Of a DNA stretch of 64,000 nt, positions 12,301 to 56,769 are shown piece by piece (position 1 is the stretch's first letter; every line of letters starts with the position of its first letter). Origin of the DNA: Macrostomum lignano (Eukaryota); NCBI GenBank assembly GCA_002269645.1, contig NIVC01000396.1, positions 496,001-560,000 of the forward strand. Reading direction: 5' to 3'. The notes beneath the pieces are model-generated. The model worked only from the letters and a program-made list of their open reading frames with translations, searched no databases and was not told where the DNA came from. A program made the translations under genes and the position numbers.

Positions 12301-15300
12301 AGCTGTGACGTCACCAGCGGCGGCGTCGGCGCCGGCTTCGCAGCCGTTCCTCCTGGAGGATCCGCCGCCAGGCATCTCCGGCGGCCTGCCGGAAGTCGGC
12401 ATCGCGGCTGTCAAAGGCGGCCGCAAGGTGACGCTGCAGGTGGCCGGCGGCAAGGCGCTGCCTGTGCCGCCGTCGGGAGCCGTGCAGCAGCTGCAGCGGC
12501 CGGCCGACTACGAAGACGACCGGGCGTCGATCGACTCGGAGGGCAACCTGGCCTACTATGCCAGCTACAACCCCGGCGACCCCGCTGCCGCCGCCCTTGC
12601 CGCCGCTGCAGCCGCCGGCGCGACACTCCGGACCGGCAGCGTCGGCCACGTGCCGACTTCCACTCGCCGGCTTCAGCAGCTGCGCCAGCAGCGCCGGCGG
12701 GACGCCACCGAGGCGCGCCAGGCGCGGGACTACCAGGGCGTACCGACCGCGGCTCAGCTGGAGCAGCGGCGCTCGCACATGTCCTCGTCAACTACTGTTA
12801 GTAGCTCAAGGGACGAGCTGTCGGATGCGTACAGAGTCGGCAAACTGCGCAGCGGCTTCCCGCCCGGAGCCGCGGCCGCTGTGGCCGAATACGAGGGCGA
12901 CGGCAGCCACTCCGGCGGCAGCAGCGGCGGCAGCACCGACCCGGGGATTCTGCAGTTCACCTGCCGGCCGCCGGGCCCGAACGAGCTGAGGAAGTTCACC
13001 TGCGAGGTGCCGCAGTCAGGTGAGAGCTGGATAGCGGCATCAGGAGTGTAGATCTCAGATTGAGTAGTATAGATCTCAGATTAAGTAGTATAGATCTCAG
13101 ATTGAGTAGTATAGATTTTAGATTGAGTAGTATAGATCTCAGACTGAGTAGTATAGATCTCAGACTGAGTAGTATAAATCTCAAACTGAGTAGTATAGAT
13201 CTCAGACTGAGTAGTATAAATCTCAAACTGAGTAGTATAGATCTCAGACTGAGTAGTATAGATCTCAGACTGAGTAGTATAGATTTTAGATTGAGTAGTA
13301 TAGATCTCAGACTGAGTAGTATAGATTTTAGATTGAGTAGTATAGATCTCAGACTGAGTAGTATAGATCTTAGACTGAGTAGCATAGATCTTAGACTGAG
13401 TAGTATAGATTTTAGATTGAGTAGTATAGATCTCAGACTGAGTAGTATAGATCTTAGACTGAGTAGCATAGATCTTAGACTGAGTATTATAGATCTTAGA
13501 CTGAGTAGCATAGATCTTAGACTGAGTAGTATAGATCTTAGACTGAGTAGTATAGATTTTAGATTGAGTAGTATAGATCTCAAACTGAGTAGTATAGATC
13601 TCAGACTGAGTAGTATAAATCTCAAACTGAGTAGTATAGATCTCAGACTGAGTAGTATAGATCTCAGACTGAGTAGTATAGATTTTAGATTGAGTAGTAT
13701 AGATCTCAGACTGAGTAGTATAGATTTTAGATTGAGTAGTATAGATCTCAGACTGAGTAGTATAGATCTTAGACTGAGTAGCATAGATCTTAGACTGAGT
13801 AGTATAGATTTTAGATTGAGTAGTATAGATCTCAGACTGAGTAGTATAGATCTTAGACTGAGTAGCATAGATCTTAGACTGAGTATTATAGATCTTAGAC
13901 TGAGTAGCATAGATCTTAGACTGAGTAGTATAGATCTTAGACTGAGTAGTATAGATTTTAGATTGAGTAGTATAGATCTCAAACTGAGTAGTATAGATCT
14001 CAGACTGAGTAGTATAAATCTCAAACTGAGTAGTATAGATCTCAGACTGAGTAGTATAGATCTCAGACTGAGTAGTATAGATTTTAGATTGAGTAGTATA
14101 GATCTCAGACTGAGTAGTATAGATTTTAGATTGAGTAGTATAGATCTCAGACTGAGTAGTATAGATCTTAGACTGAGTAGCATAGATCTTAGACTGAGTA
14201 GTATAGATTTTAGATTGAGTAGTATAGATCTCAGACTGAGTAGTATAGATCTTAGACTGAGTAGTATAGATTTTAGATTGAGTAGTATAGATCTCAGACT
14301 GAGTAGTATAAATCTTAGACTGAGTAGCATAGATCTTAGACTGAGTAGTATAGATCTTAGACTGAGTAGTATAGATTTTAGACTGAGTAGTATAGATTTT
14401 AGATTGAGTAGTATAGATCTCAGACTGAGTAGTATAGATCTTAGACTGAGTAGCATAGATCTTAGACTGAGTAGCATAGATCTTAGATTGAGTAGTATAG
14501 ATCTCAGACTGAGTAGTATAGATCTTAGACTGAGTAGCATAGATCTTAGATTGAGTAGTATAGATCTCATACTGAGTAGTATAGATACCAGACTGAGTAG
14601 TATAGATCTCAGATTGAGTAGCATAGATCTCAGACTGAGTAGCATAGATCTCAGACTGAGTAGCATAGATCTCAGATTGAGTAGTATAGATCTCAGACTG
14701 AGTAGCATAGATCTCATAGGCAGTCATCAGGTAGGCTAGGAGACCTCCAAAATCCAAGCCGCCCCCCCTCAAAATCCCCCTCAGCGTCCCGCCGCTACCG
14801 CCGCCAGCTGTCGGCGGGCACGGAGCGAACCTACGAGAGCATCGACGACTCCCGCTTGGTGCTCGGCGGCCCAGCTGCCGCTGCCGCTGCTACCGCTGCC
14901 GCGCGACACCGGCGCTTTCAGCCGGCGTACGAGCGTCAGCTGCATCAGCAGCAGCAGCACAGGCAGCGAACAACTTCGGAGGCCGGCTGCAGCTACGGCA
15001 CGGGTGTCTATGACAGCGCTGACGGCAGCGCCATGGGCTACTACAGCTACAGCTATCATGATTCCGCCCGGCAACAGCAGCAGCAGCCGCAGTACCAGCG
15101 CCGCAGGCCGGTGCAGCAGCAGCAGCAGCAGCAGCCAGCTGGCATCTACAGCACCTACCAGCGCTCGTATCAGCAGCCACCGTCGCTGGCTTCCCAGCGG
15201 GATTCCTTGCTGCCAGCGCACCGCGGCGGTGGGGCGGCAGCGGCGCCAGCCAGCACCGCGCCGCCGCTGCCGCCGCTGTGGAGGACGAGGAGGAGGAGGA

Positions 15301-17421
15301 CGAGGAGGAGGACCGACAGCAGAGCCGGCAGCTGCTGGAGCCATCGGTGACGCCGTCCAGGTGAGGGAGCTCTTTGCTATGGGAAACCCCGAATATTAAT
15401 AATAACAGTGTGCCAATTCACAGACTGGAAATCCCAAATTCACAGAATGGAAATCCCCAATTCAATAAATGGAAATCCCCCAATTCAACGGATGGAAATC
15501 CCAATTAAACGCAGGGAAATCCCCAATTCAATTAATACAAATCCCCCTAATCAATGAATGGAAATCCCCAATTCAATGGAGGGAAATCCCCAATTCAATG
15601 AAGGGAAATCCCCAATTCAACGGATGGAAATCCTCAATTCAATGATGGAAATCCCAATTCAATGGATGGAAATCCCCAATTCAATGGAGGGAAATCCCAA
15701 TTCATGGAGGGAAATCAAATTCACAGAATGGAAATCCCCAATTCAATAAATGGAAATCCCCCAATTCAACGGATGGAAATCCCAATTAAACGCAGGGAAA
15801 TCCCCAATTCAATTAATACAAATCCCCCTAATCAATGAATGGAAATCCCCAATTCAATGGAGGGAAATCCCCAATTCAATGAAGGGAAATCCCCAATTCA
15901 ACGGATGGAAATCCCCAATTCAATGGATGGAAATCCCCAATTCAACGGATGGAAATCCCAATTAAACGGATGGAAATCTCCAATTTAATAAATGAAAATC
16001 CCCAATTCAACAGATGGAAATCCCCAATTCAACGGATGGAAATCCCCAATTCAATGGATGGAAATCCCCAATTCAATGGAGGGAAATCCCAACTCAATGG
16101 AGGAAATCCCAATTCAATGGATGGAAATCCCCAATTCAACGGATGGAAATCCCCAATTCAACGGATGGAAATCTCCAATTTAATGAATGAAAATCCCCAA
16201 TTCAACAGATGGAAATCCCCAATTCAATGGATGGAAATCCCCAATTCAATGGAGGGAAATCCCAACTCAATGGAGGAAATCCCAATTAAACGGATGGAAA
16301 TCCCCAATTTAATGGATGGAAATCCCAATTCAACGGATGGAAATCCTCAATTCAATGGATGGAAATCCCCAATTCATTGGATGGAAATCCCCAATTCAAT
16401 GGATGGAAATCCCTAATTCAACGGAGGTAAATCCCTAATTCACAGAAAGGAAATCCCCAATTCAATGGATGGAAATCCCCAATTCATTGGATGGAAATCC
16501 CCAATTCAATGGATGGAAATCCCGAATTCAATGGATGGAAATCCCGAATTCAATGGATGGAAATCCTCAATTCAATGGATGGAAATCCCCAATTCAATGG
16601 ATGGAAATCCCCAATTCAATGGATGGAAATCCTTAATTCAATGGATGGAAATCCTCAATTCAATGGATGGAAATCCCCAACTCAACGGATGGAAATCCCG
16701 AATTCAATTGATGGAAATCCCGAATTCAATGGATGGAAATCCCGAATTCAATGGATGGAAATCCCGAATTAAATGGATGGAAATCCTCAATTCAATGGAT
16801 GGAAATCCCAAATTCAATGGATGGAAATCCTCAATTCAATGGATGGAAATCCCCAATTCAATTGATGGAAATCCCGAATTCAATGGATGGAAATCCTCAA
16901 TTCAATGGATGGAAATCCCGAATTCAATGGATGGAAATCCCGAATTCAATGGATGGAAATCCCGAATTCAATGGATGGAAATCCCGAATTCAATGGATGG
17001 AAATCCCGAATTCAATGGATGGAAATCCCGAATTCAATTGATGGAAATCCCGAATTCAATGGATGGAAATCCCGAATTCAATGGATGGAAATCCCGAATT
17101 CAATTGATGGAAATCCCGAATTCAATGGATGGAAATCCCGAATTCAATGGATGGAAATCCCGAATTCAATGGATGGAAATCCCGAATTCAATGGATGGAA
17201 ATCCCGAATTCAATGGATGGAAATCCCGAATTCAATGGATGGAAATCCCCGATGCAATGTCCTGTTAAACAGTTTTGAAGTCTATTATGGTCAAAGTTGA
17301 ACCCAAGCCCATCTCACTGCACCGCAGGCGCCTCCAACAGCCGCCGCCGGCTGCAGCCGCCGACCCGGCGGACCCGGAGTCCAGCGACCCCGCATACGAG
17401 GAGTTCTTCACCGAAGTCTGA
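97..17421 (+). CDS. Dscam: Dscam-like Ig/FN3 cell-adhesion receptor, 5'-incomplete, 12 visible exons (4 Ig - 4 FN3 - Ig - 2 FN3 - TM - cytoplasmic tail)
   Basis: Exons 97-394, 1000-1264, 2452-2713, 4244-4396, 4973-6142, 6935-7086, 7968-8456, 9073-9199, 9320-9447, 11442-13019, 14785-15360, 17328-17421. All have AG/GT ends, and phases join except for two 1-nt deficits. The order FN3x4-Ig-FN3x2-TM is the Dscam architecture; the protein ends EFFTEV*. Confidence 0.88.
476..967. repeat. Intronic 31-bp minisatellite, ~16 copies
   Basis: gagtatcactcccagaatgtgaacccaccct. Confidence 0.97.
1000..1264 (+). CDS. Dscam: Dscam-like exon
   Basis: cgcag acceptor completes DAGNYTCRARL across the junction; donor tcg|gtgagt. 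Confidence 0.8.
1311..2413. repeat. Intronic 22-bp minisatellite, ~50 copies, with a 110-bp higher-order repeat
   Basis: ggtaggttagagtcgggcgcct; an identical 5-mer block starts at 1331, 1441 and 1551. Confidence 0.96.
2452..2713 (+). CDS. Dscam: Dscam-like exon (second half of putative Ig7)
   Basis: ttgcag acceptor; YEGQYTCHIASC; donor aagc|gtgagt. Confidence 0.8.
2714..3868. repeat. Intronic 20-bp minisatellite, ~57 copies
   Basis: gtgtctctggtgttctgcgg, starting at the splice donor. Confidence 0.97.
4244..4396 (+). CDS. Dscam: Dscam-like exon
   Basis: RVYRFLPDKPPNSQEVVLGSPLTVQCAVD..LRWY; donor gctg|gtgagt. Confidence 0.82.
4598..4960. repeat. Intronic 24-bp minisatellite, ~15 copies
   Basis: ccccatccccaactcactagttct. 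Confidence 0.96.
4973..6142 (+). CDS. Dscam: Dscam-like exon (Ig8 end, Ig9, FN3-1, FN3-2)
   Basis: FPNGTLRI..NFLC; ISCIVKGDRPFNIEW..GEYTCRASN; PPSKV..LQWEAP..YEFAVSAVNKVG; PSGPV..YEVRVTPANAVGPGP; donor gcca|gtaagt. Confidence 0.92.
6415..6783. repeat. Intronic 31-bp minisatellite, ~12 copies
   Basis: gagaaattcccctatcttcaagtgagatagc. Confidence 0.96.
6935..7086 (+). CDS. Dscam: Dscam-like exon (FN3-3 first half; 1-nt frameshift at ~7033)
   Basis: PRSPPTNLRC..FVSWGWPPHESVNG, then in a shifted frame IQQYHVQYMP; 152 nt where 153 is needed. Confidence 0.8.
7151..7478. repeat. Intronic ~46-bp minisatellite, ~7 copies
   Basis: ggattcccaaggtcgcgcgcagggattctctagttaaaaataagg. Confidence 0.92.
7968..8456 (+). 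CDS. Dscam: Dscam-like exon (FN3-3 end, FN3-4)
   Basis: LTIRGLLPHTEYAITVFVSNSRG; PPEPPKEL..AWSQTERPNG..LRPGGIYEVRV; donor aagc|gtgagt. Confidence 0.9.
8471..9040. repeat. Intronic 17-bp minisatellite, ~33 copies
   Basis: ttacatgaatttcataa. Confidence 0.96.
9073..9199 (+). CDS. Dscam: Dscam-like exon (Ig10 first half)
   Basis: PPRIVSFAKTFRVDRGSDVLLDCETVG..IW, resembling Dscam Ig10; donor ga|gtaagg. Confidence 0.82.
9320..9447 (+). CDS. Dscam: Dscam-like exon (Ig10 second half)
   Basis: LANGSLLIKDVQRDGEFKC; donor ttca|gtaagt. Confidence 0.82.
9680..11400. repeat. Intronic 11-bp minisatellite in two blocks (9680-10263 and 10816-11400)
   Basis: cccacccagat and variants, split by ~550 bp of unique sequence. 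Confidence 0.95.
11442..13019 (+). CDS. Dscam: Dscam-like exon (FN3-5, FN3-6, transmembrane helix, proximal cytoplasmic tail)
   Basis: IPPAP..LELLW..VEFKLRAVNG; LQPGQAYQLTVTAANAAG; TM MFIVVVIVAVVVLVIVVLSIIG; donor tcag|gtgaga. Confidence 0.9.
13048..14717. repeat. Intronic 21-bp minisatellite, ~79 copies, with a 399-bp higher-order repeat
   Basis: tagatctcagactgagtagta. Confidence 0.97.
14785..15360 (+). CDS. Dscam: Dscam-like exon (cytoplasmic; probable 1-nt frameshift at ~15265-15280)
   Basis: ccctcag acceptor, phase 1; TYESIDDS and Gln/Tyr-rich sequence; donor ccag|gtgagg. Confidence 0.72.
15420..17255. repeat. Intronic ~22-bp minisatellite, ~83 copies
   Basis: ggaaatccccaattcaatggat grading into ggaaatcccgaattcaatggat. 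Confidence 0.96.
17328..17421 (+). CDS. Dscam: Dscam-like terminal coding exon
   Basis: accgcag acceptor; RLQQPPP..DPAYEEFFTEV* ends in a class I PDZ-binding motif. Confidence 0.72.
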
Positions 17422-18162
17422 TTGATGATCAGCCCGCCCAGGTGACACGGAGCCCCCCATGTACATACGCATCCCCGCAGAGTAGACTTCAACTCTCGCT
17501 TGCGCCGCCCGGCCCTGTGTGTTTTCAGTTCGCATGATGAACTCAAAGTAAATTCTCATTTTATTAATTACTCACAACACCGCGCTAGCGTTGCTGATGT
17601 ACACTTGCTTAAGTACTGCATAAATTTGAGTGAAATGTAACTGCTTATGTGCAATGAACCCGCCGATTCTCTCTAAATGTGTGTGTGACCTCAGATGACC
17701 TTCCCCAGTGACCGCTCACCCGCTCTCCCCATATATTAGACTCAATCAATAATATGACGGCCGCGAGTTCGGGAGCAGTGATTTCACACCAGATGTTAGC
17801 AGCCTGCAGAGTTGCCAAAGCTAATTGTGTTTTCAACGACTCCATTATTAACGTGAAATTATATTAATTTTACCTTTGCTGCTCACAGCCATTTCTGAAT
17901 TTCGTTTTTCATTTTTTGATTCTTCATTCTGCAGCCTCGCACACAGTTTGTAAATCTCCCGCGTTCGGCTCTATTGGTGTAAAAACTCGAATTTGTTTTT
18001 TTATTTGTCAATTTCAAGTAGAAAGTGTTGGAAGCAAAAACTGTGGAATCTCCGTTTCTCATCTGCAAAAACTGCGATTGTCTTATTATCTCATTTCTGC
18101 TAATGGACCACAAGATCTACTGGTGCCACAACTGCCGGCGTGCATTGCCGCTCCACAGGGCG

Positions 18163-19605
18163 ATTTCTGATGGCGGGAGATGAGGGGGCGATTTTTGATG
18201 GTGGGAGATGAGGAGGGAGATTTCTGATGGCGGGCGATTTCTGATGGTGGGAGATGAGGGGCGATTTCTGATGGTAGGAGATGAAGGGGCGATTTCTGAT
18301 GGTAGGAGATGAAGGGGCGATTTCTGATGGTAGGAGATGAGGGGCGATTTCTGATGGCGGGAGATGAGGGGCGATTTCTGATGGCGGGAGATGAGGGGCG
18401 ATTTCTGATGGTAGGAGATGAGGGGCGATTTCTGATGGTAGGAGATGAAGGGGAGATTTCTGATGGTAGGAGATGAGGGGCGATTTCTGATGGTGGGAGA
18501 TGAGGGGCGATTTCTGATGGTAGGAGATGAGGGGCGATTTCTGATGGCGGGAGATGAGGGGTGATTTCTGATGGTAGGAGATGAAGGGGCGATTTCTGAT
18601 GGTAGGAGATGAGGGGCGATTTCTGATGGCGGGAGATGAGGGGCGATTTCTGATGGCGGGAGATGAGGGGCGATTTCTGATGGTAGGAGATGAGGGGCGA
18701 TTTCTGATGGTAGGAGATGAAGGGGCGATTTCTGATGGTGGGAGATGAGGGGCGATTTCTGATGGTAGGAGATGAAGGGGCGATTTCTGATGGTAGGAGA
18801 TGAGGGGCGATTTCTGATGGCGGGAGATGAGGGGCGATTTCTGATGGCGGGAGATGAGGGGCGATTTCTGATGGCGGGAGATGAGGGGCGATTTCTGATG
18901 GCGGGAGATGAGGGGCGATTTCTGATGGCGGGAGATGAGGGGCGATTTCTGATGGCGGGAGATGAGGGGCGATTTCTGATGGTAGGAGATGAGGGGCGAT
19001 TTCTGATGGTAGGAGATGAAGGGGAGATTTCTGATGGTAGGAGATGAGGGGCGATTTCTGATGGTGGGAGATGAGGGGCGATTTCTGATGGTAGGAGATG
19101 AGGGGCGATTTCTGATGGTAGGAGATGAGGGGCGATTTCTGATGGTAGGAGATGAGGGGCGATTTCTGATGGTAGGAGATGAGGGGCGATTTCTGATGGT
19201 GGGAGATGAGGGGCGATTTCTGATGGTGGGAGATGAGGGGCGATTTCTGATGGTGGGAGATGAGGGGCGATTTCTGATGGCGGGAGATGAGGGGCGATTT
19301 CTGATGGCGGGAGATGAGGGGCGATTTCTGATGGCGGGAGATGAGGGGTGATTTCTGATGGCGGGAGATGAGGGGCGATTTCTGATGGCGGGAGATGAGG
19401 GGCGATTTCTGATGGCGGGAGATGAGGGGCGATTTCTGATGGCGGGAGATGAGGGGCGATTTCTGATGGCGGGAGATGAGGGGCGATTTCTGATGGCGGG
19501 AGATGAGGGGCGATTTCTGATGGCGGGAGATGAGGGGCGATTTCTGATGGCGGGAGATGAGGGGCGATTTCTGATGGCGGGAGATGAAGGGGAGATTTCT
19601 GATGG
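18163..19605. repeat. Intergenic 27-bp minisatellite, ~53 copies
   Basis: gatggcgggagatgaggggcgatttct. Confidence 0.97.
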
Positions 19606-20233
19606 CTATGGAAACACTGAGTTGCGCCTAAAGCGCATCTGCGTCACTCTGAATTAGAATCGCATTTCTGATTGATAACAACTCTACTTAGTCTACTTGA
19701 GTTAGTAGAAAGTTAGGCGCTAACATGAGACTTTTTGAGACTTTAACGATTCTATAACTTCCATGATGCGGGCGTGACTCAACAGTCGCCTCTCCGTCGC
19801 ATTACAGTCAGTCGTGAAAAAGTCAAGAGAGTCGCCAGAGTCGCCAGTGAGTTGTTCACAGTGACTTTTTATCGATTTTTGTCACAGTAGCGTTTTCAAC
19901 GGCTCAGGTTTTACAGAAGTGTAACTTTACCACCAACTGGCCGGCCGTATGCATTCCGTTTCCGCTTTATTCCGGCTTACTGACGTTGCAATCAAATTAA
20001 CTTTTAATGCTGGCTCCAGCAGCAGCATTTAATTTTCTAACAATAACAAAGCGATTCAATCCGCTCAGAATTAATTGATCCCCATCCCGTGGTTGAAGCT
20101 GCGGAGCAGTTTGCCATGACTGCCCAATTGGAACAGACAGAATGCTTTAAATTAACTCCGGAGAGCCCCTCAGCTTGCTCAGATTCCCCTGCATCTCGTA
20201 GAACTCGCTGCCTTCTCTATTAAATCAAACTGA

Positions 20234-21121
20234 ATGGCGGCTGCTCAGGTCGTCATTCGAGTGAACGCGTTGCTGCTGCTGCTGGCCGCCGGACAGCCCG
20301 GCTGCTTCACGGAGTCGCAGTTCGCCTCGACCTGCGAGCCGCCGGTTCGAGTCGCCAGCGGCAGCCAAGGCGTCCGCGGCTGCTTCCGGCCGGACCTGCC
20401 GCAGCCGACGGGAGCCGCCGCGGGCGAGTCGGTCACGTGGACGCCGCCGTCTGCGAGCGTCGCCCGACCGACTGCGGCGACTTCGCCGCCTGCCCCGTCT
20501 CGGCCTCGGCAGGGGGCCGCTGCCTCGTGTCCTGCGACGTCGCTGAGCATCCGAGCGGGCGTCGGCGTCAAGTCGTTCGACCTGGTCGACTCGCCGAGCC
20601 GCAGCAACGACTCCGCCGTCCGGGGCGCGCCCAGCTCCGCCAGCCTCCTGCCCGACCTGTTCCGCGCCAGCGCCATCGACCAGCTTCCCACCATAGCGCC
20701 GAAGCTCACCTTCAAGGAGGCCGTCGTCCAGCTCTCCGTCGCCGCCTCTGTCGTCGTGAAGGTCACCTTCGACCTCTCGGCGTCGCCTCACGAGCTGAAC
20801 AGGACCAACTGGTTCTCTCGGGACCGGCTGAAGGCCAGCTGGCCCGTCACCGACCTCGCCAGCAGGACCTTCGACCACTTCAGCATCGGGGGTCATGTCA
20901 AGGGCACATTTGAGCGTCGCTGGTTCATCAATTATGCTTACGGCGGCTGCTCGAGCGACCGCGGCCTCATGATGGCCCTCGACATAACCGACAGCTGCTC
21001 TGCCTCCTGGGGCAACGGCAGCGTGACCTCGCCGCCTCAGCTGGTGTACAGCACGCAGCCGAGTGAGCCATATGAGACGAGTTTCCAGCTTGCTGACAGG
21101 CTGGGCGTGACGCTGCGCTGA
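20234..21121 (+). CDS. Intronless secreted protein, 295 aa: signal peptide, Pro/Ser/Thr/Ala-rich linker, C-terminal globular domain of unknown function
   Basis: ATG to TGA, GC-rich codons; hydrophobic VNALLLLLAAG; C-terminal NWFSRDRLKASWPVTDL..FSIGGH..RRWFINYAYGGCSSDRG; AATAAA at 21161 and 21257. Confidence 0.8.
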   Translation: MAAAQVVIRVNALLLLLAAGQPGCFTESQFASTCEPPVRVASGSQGVRGCFRPDLPQPTGAAAGESVTWTPPSASVARPTAATSPPAPSRPRQGAAASCPATSLSIRAGVGVKSFDLVDSPSRSNDSAVRGAPSSASLLPDLFRASAIDQLPTIAPKLTFKEAVVQLSVAASVVVKVTFDLSASPHELNRTNWFSRDRLKASWPVTDLASRTFDHFSIGGHVKGTFERRWFINYAYGGCSSDRGLMMALDITDSCSASWGNGSVTSPPQLVYSTQPSEPYETSFQLADRLGVTLR

Positions 21122-21256
21122 GCTGCTCAGTTGCCGAGCATAAATATGGAAACTACGGATCAATAAACAAATAGAGACAACGCTTGGGTTGCACACTAAT
21201 TTGAGAGAATTAAGCAAATTGCATATTTTCGAGCTGCGCAATAGATAAGGAGGATT

Positions 21257-21272
21257 AATAAAATAGTTTATT
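21257..21272. terminator. Back-to-back convergent poly(A) signals
   Basis: AATAAA(+) atag TTTATT (AATAAA on -), lying between two convergent genes. Confidence 0.4.
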
Positions 21273-21611
21273 CGGCAGTAATATTAATGCACCAACAAAT
21301 AAGTTTGCAAATAAATACACACAAAAATGCACACAAACAATGGGCATAAAACAAAGCTATAATTTAGCTAATAATGCTTCGAACTTGGCACCGCAACTAA
21401 AAATGCCTTTGATTTGTTGTTGGCATGTAAAATTAAACTGCCACGCGTCTGAATGCAGAGCTCAGTGAGAGAAAAAATATAAGAAACTAATGGAATATTA
21501 ATTTTCAGTACCCAAATTAGAAAACATTGATTGACTGACTTTGCCTTACTTTCTACTGATACAAACATTGTTAGTAGTATTGCTTGGAAATCATCGTCAG
21601 AATGAATTAAT

Positions 21612-56294
<34,683 letters not shown>

Positions 56295-56769
56295 TTGTTG
56301 GATTTGACTTCTTACTGTCACTGTTTAATTAAAGCTAGAAGGTTTAGGAAACCTGCGAAAGAAACACCTTTTTATGTCGGCGGTTAATTATTTGCTACAA
56401 CAGTAGGTTCTTAATGCGAGTGATAAACAGTTACAGGCGCAAACAATATAAACAAACCATTCAATGTATTGATTTGCTAACTATAAGCACAACGCACGTG
56501 CTAGCATGTTATACAGTAAATCATCTGTATAATATTTTAAAATAGTACTCTTTAGACAGTTCTTAGCACAAATTTTCAATGTGTTTATGATTTTTCAACT
56601 AAAATTTGCCATTTTATAACCAGTAGAGCTCATAAAAACTACTTTAACAAGACTAACTTTGTTTTAAACTATTTGAAAAATGTTTTGCAGGCCGTAAGGA
56701 ACCACTATTTAGAATAACAGCAACAAAAATACGCAGCCCCGAATGCAAGGTAACAGGTAGAGCAGGGCG

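Noticed and set aside
12996-14772. 560-570-aa ORFs (LSSIDLR)n, (SLRSILL)n and (IYTTQSE)n, superficially leucine-rich-repeat-like
   Set aside because: A 21-bp unit keeps frames open automatically; the region is a Dscam intron
56400-56460. TTTGCGCC as an E2F site upstream of MadBub
   Set aside because: It does not match the TTTSSCGC consensus exactly and the TSS is unknown
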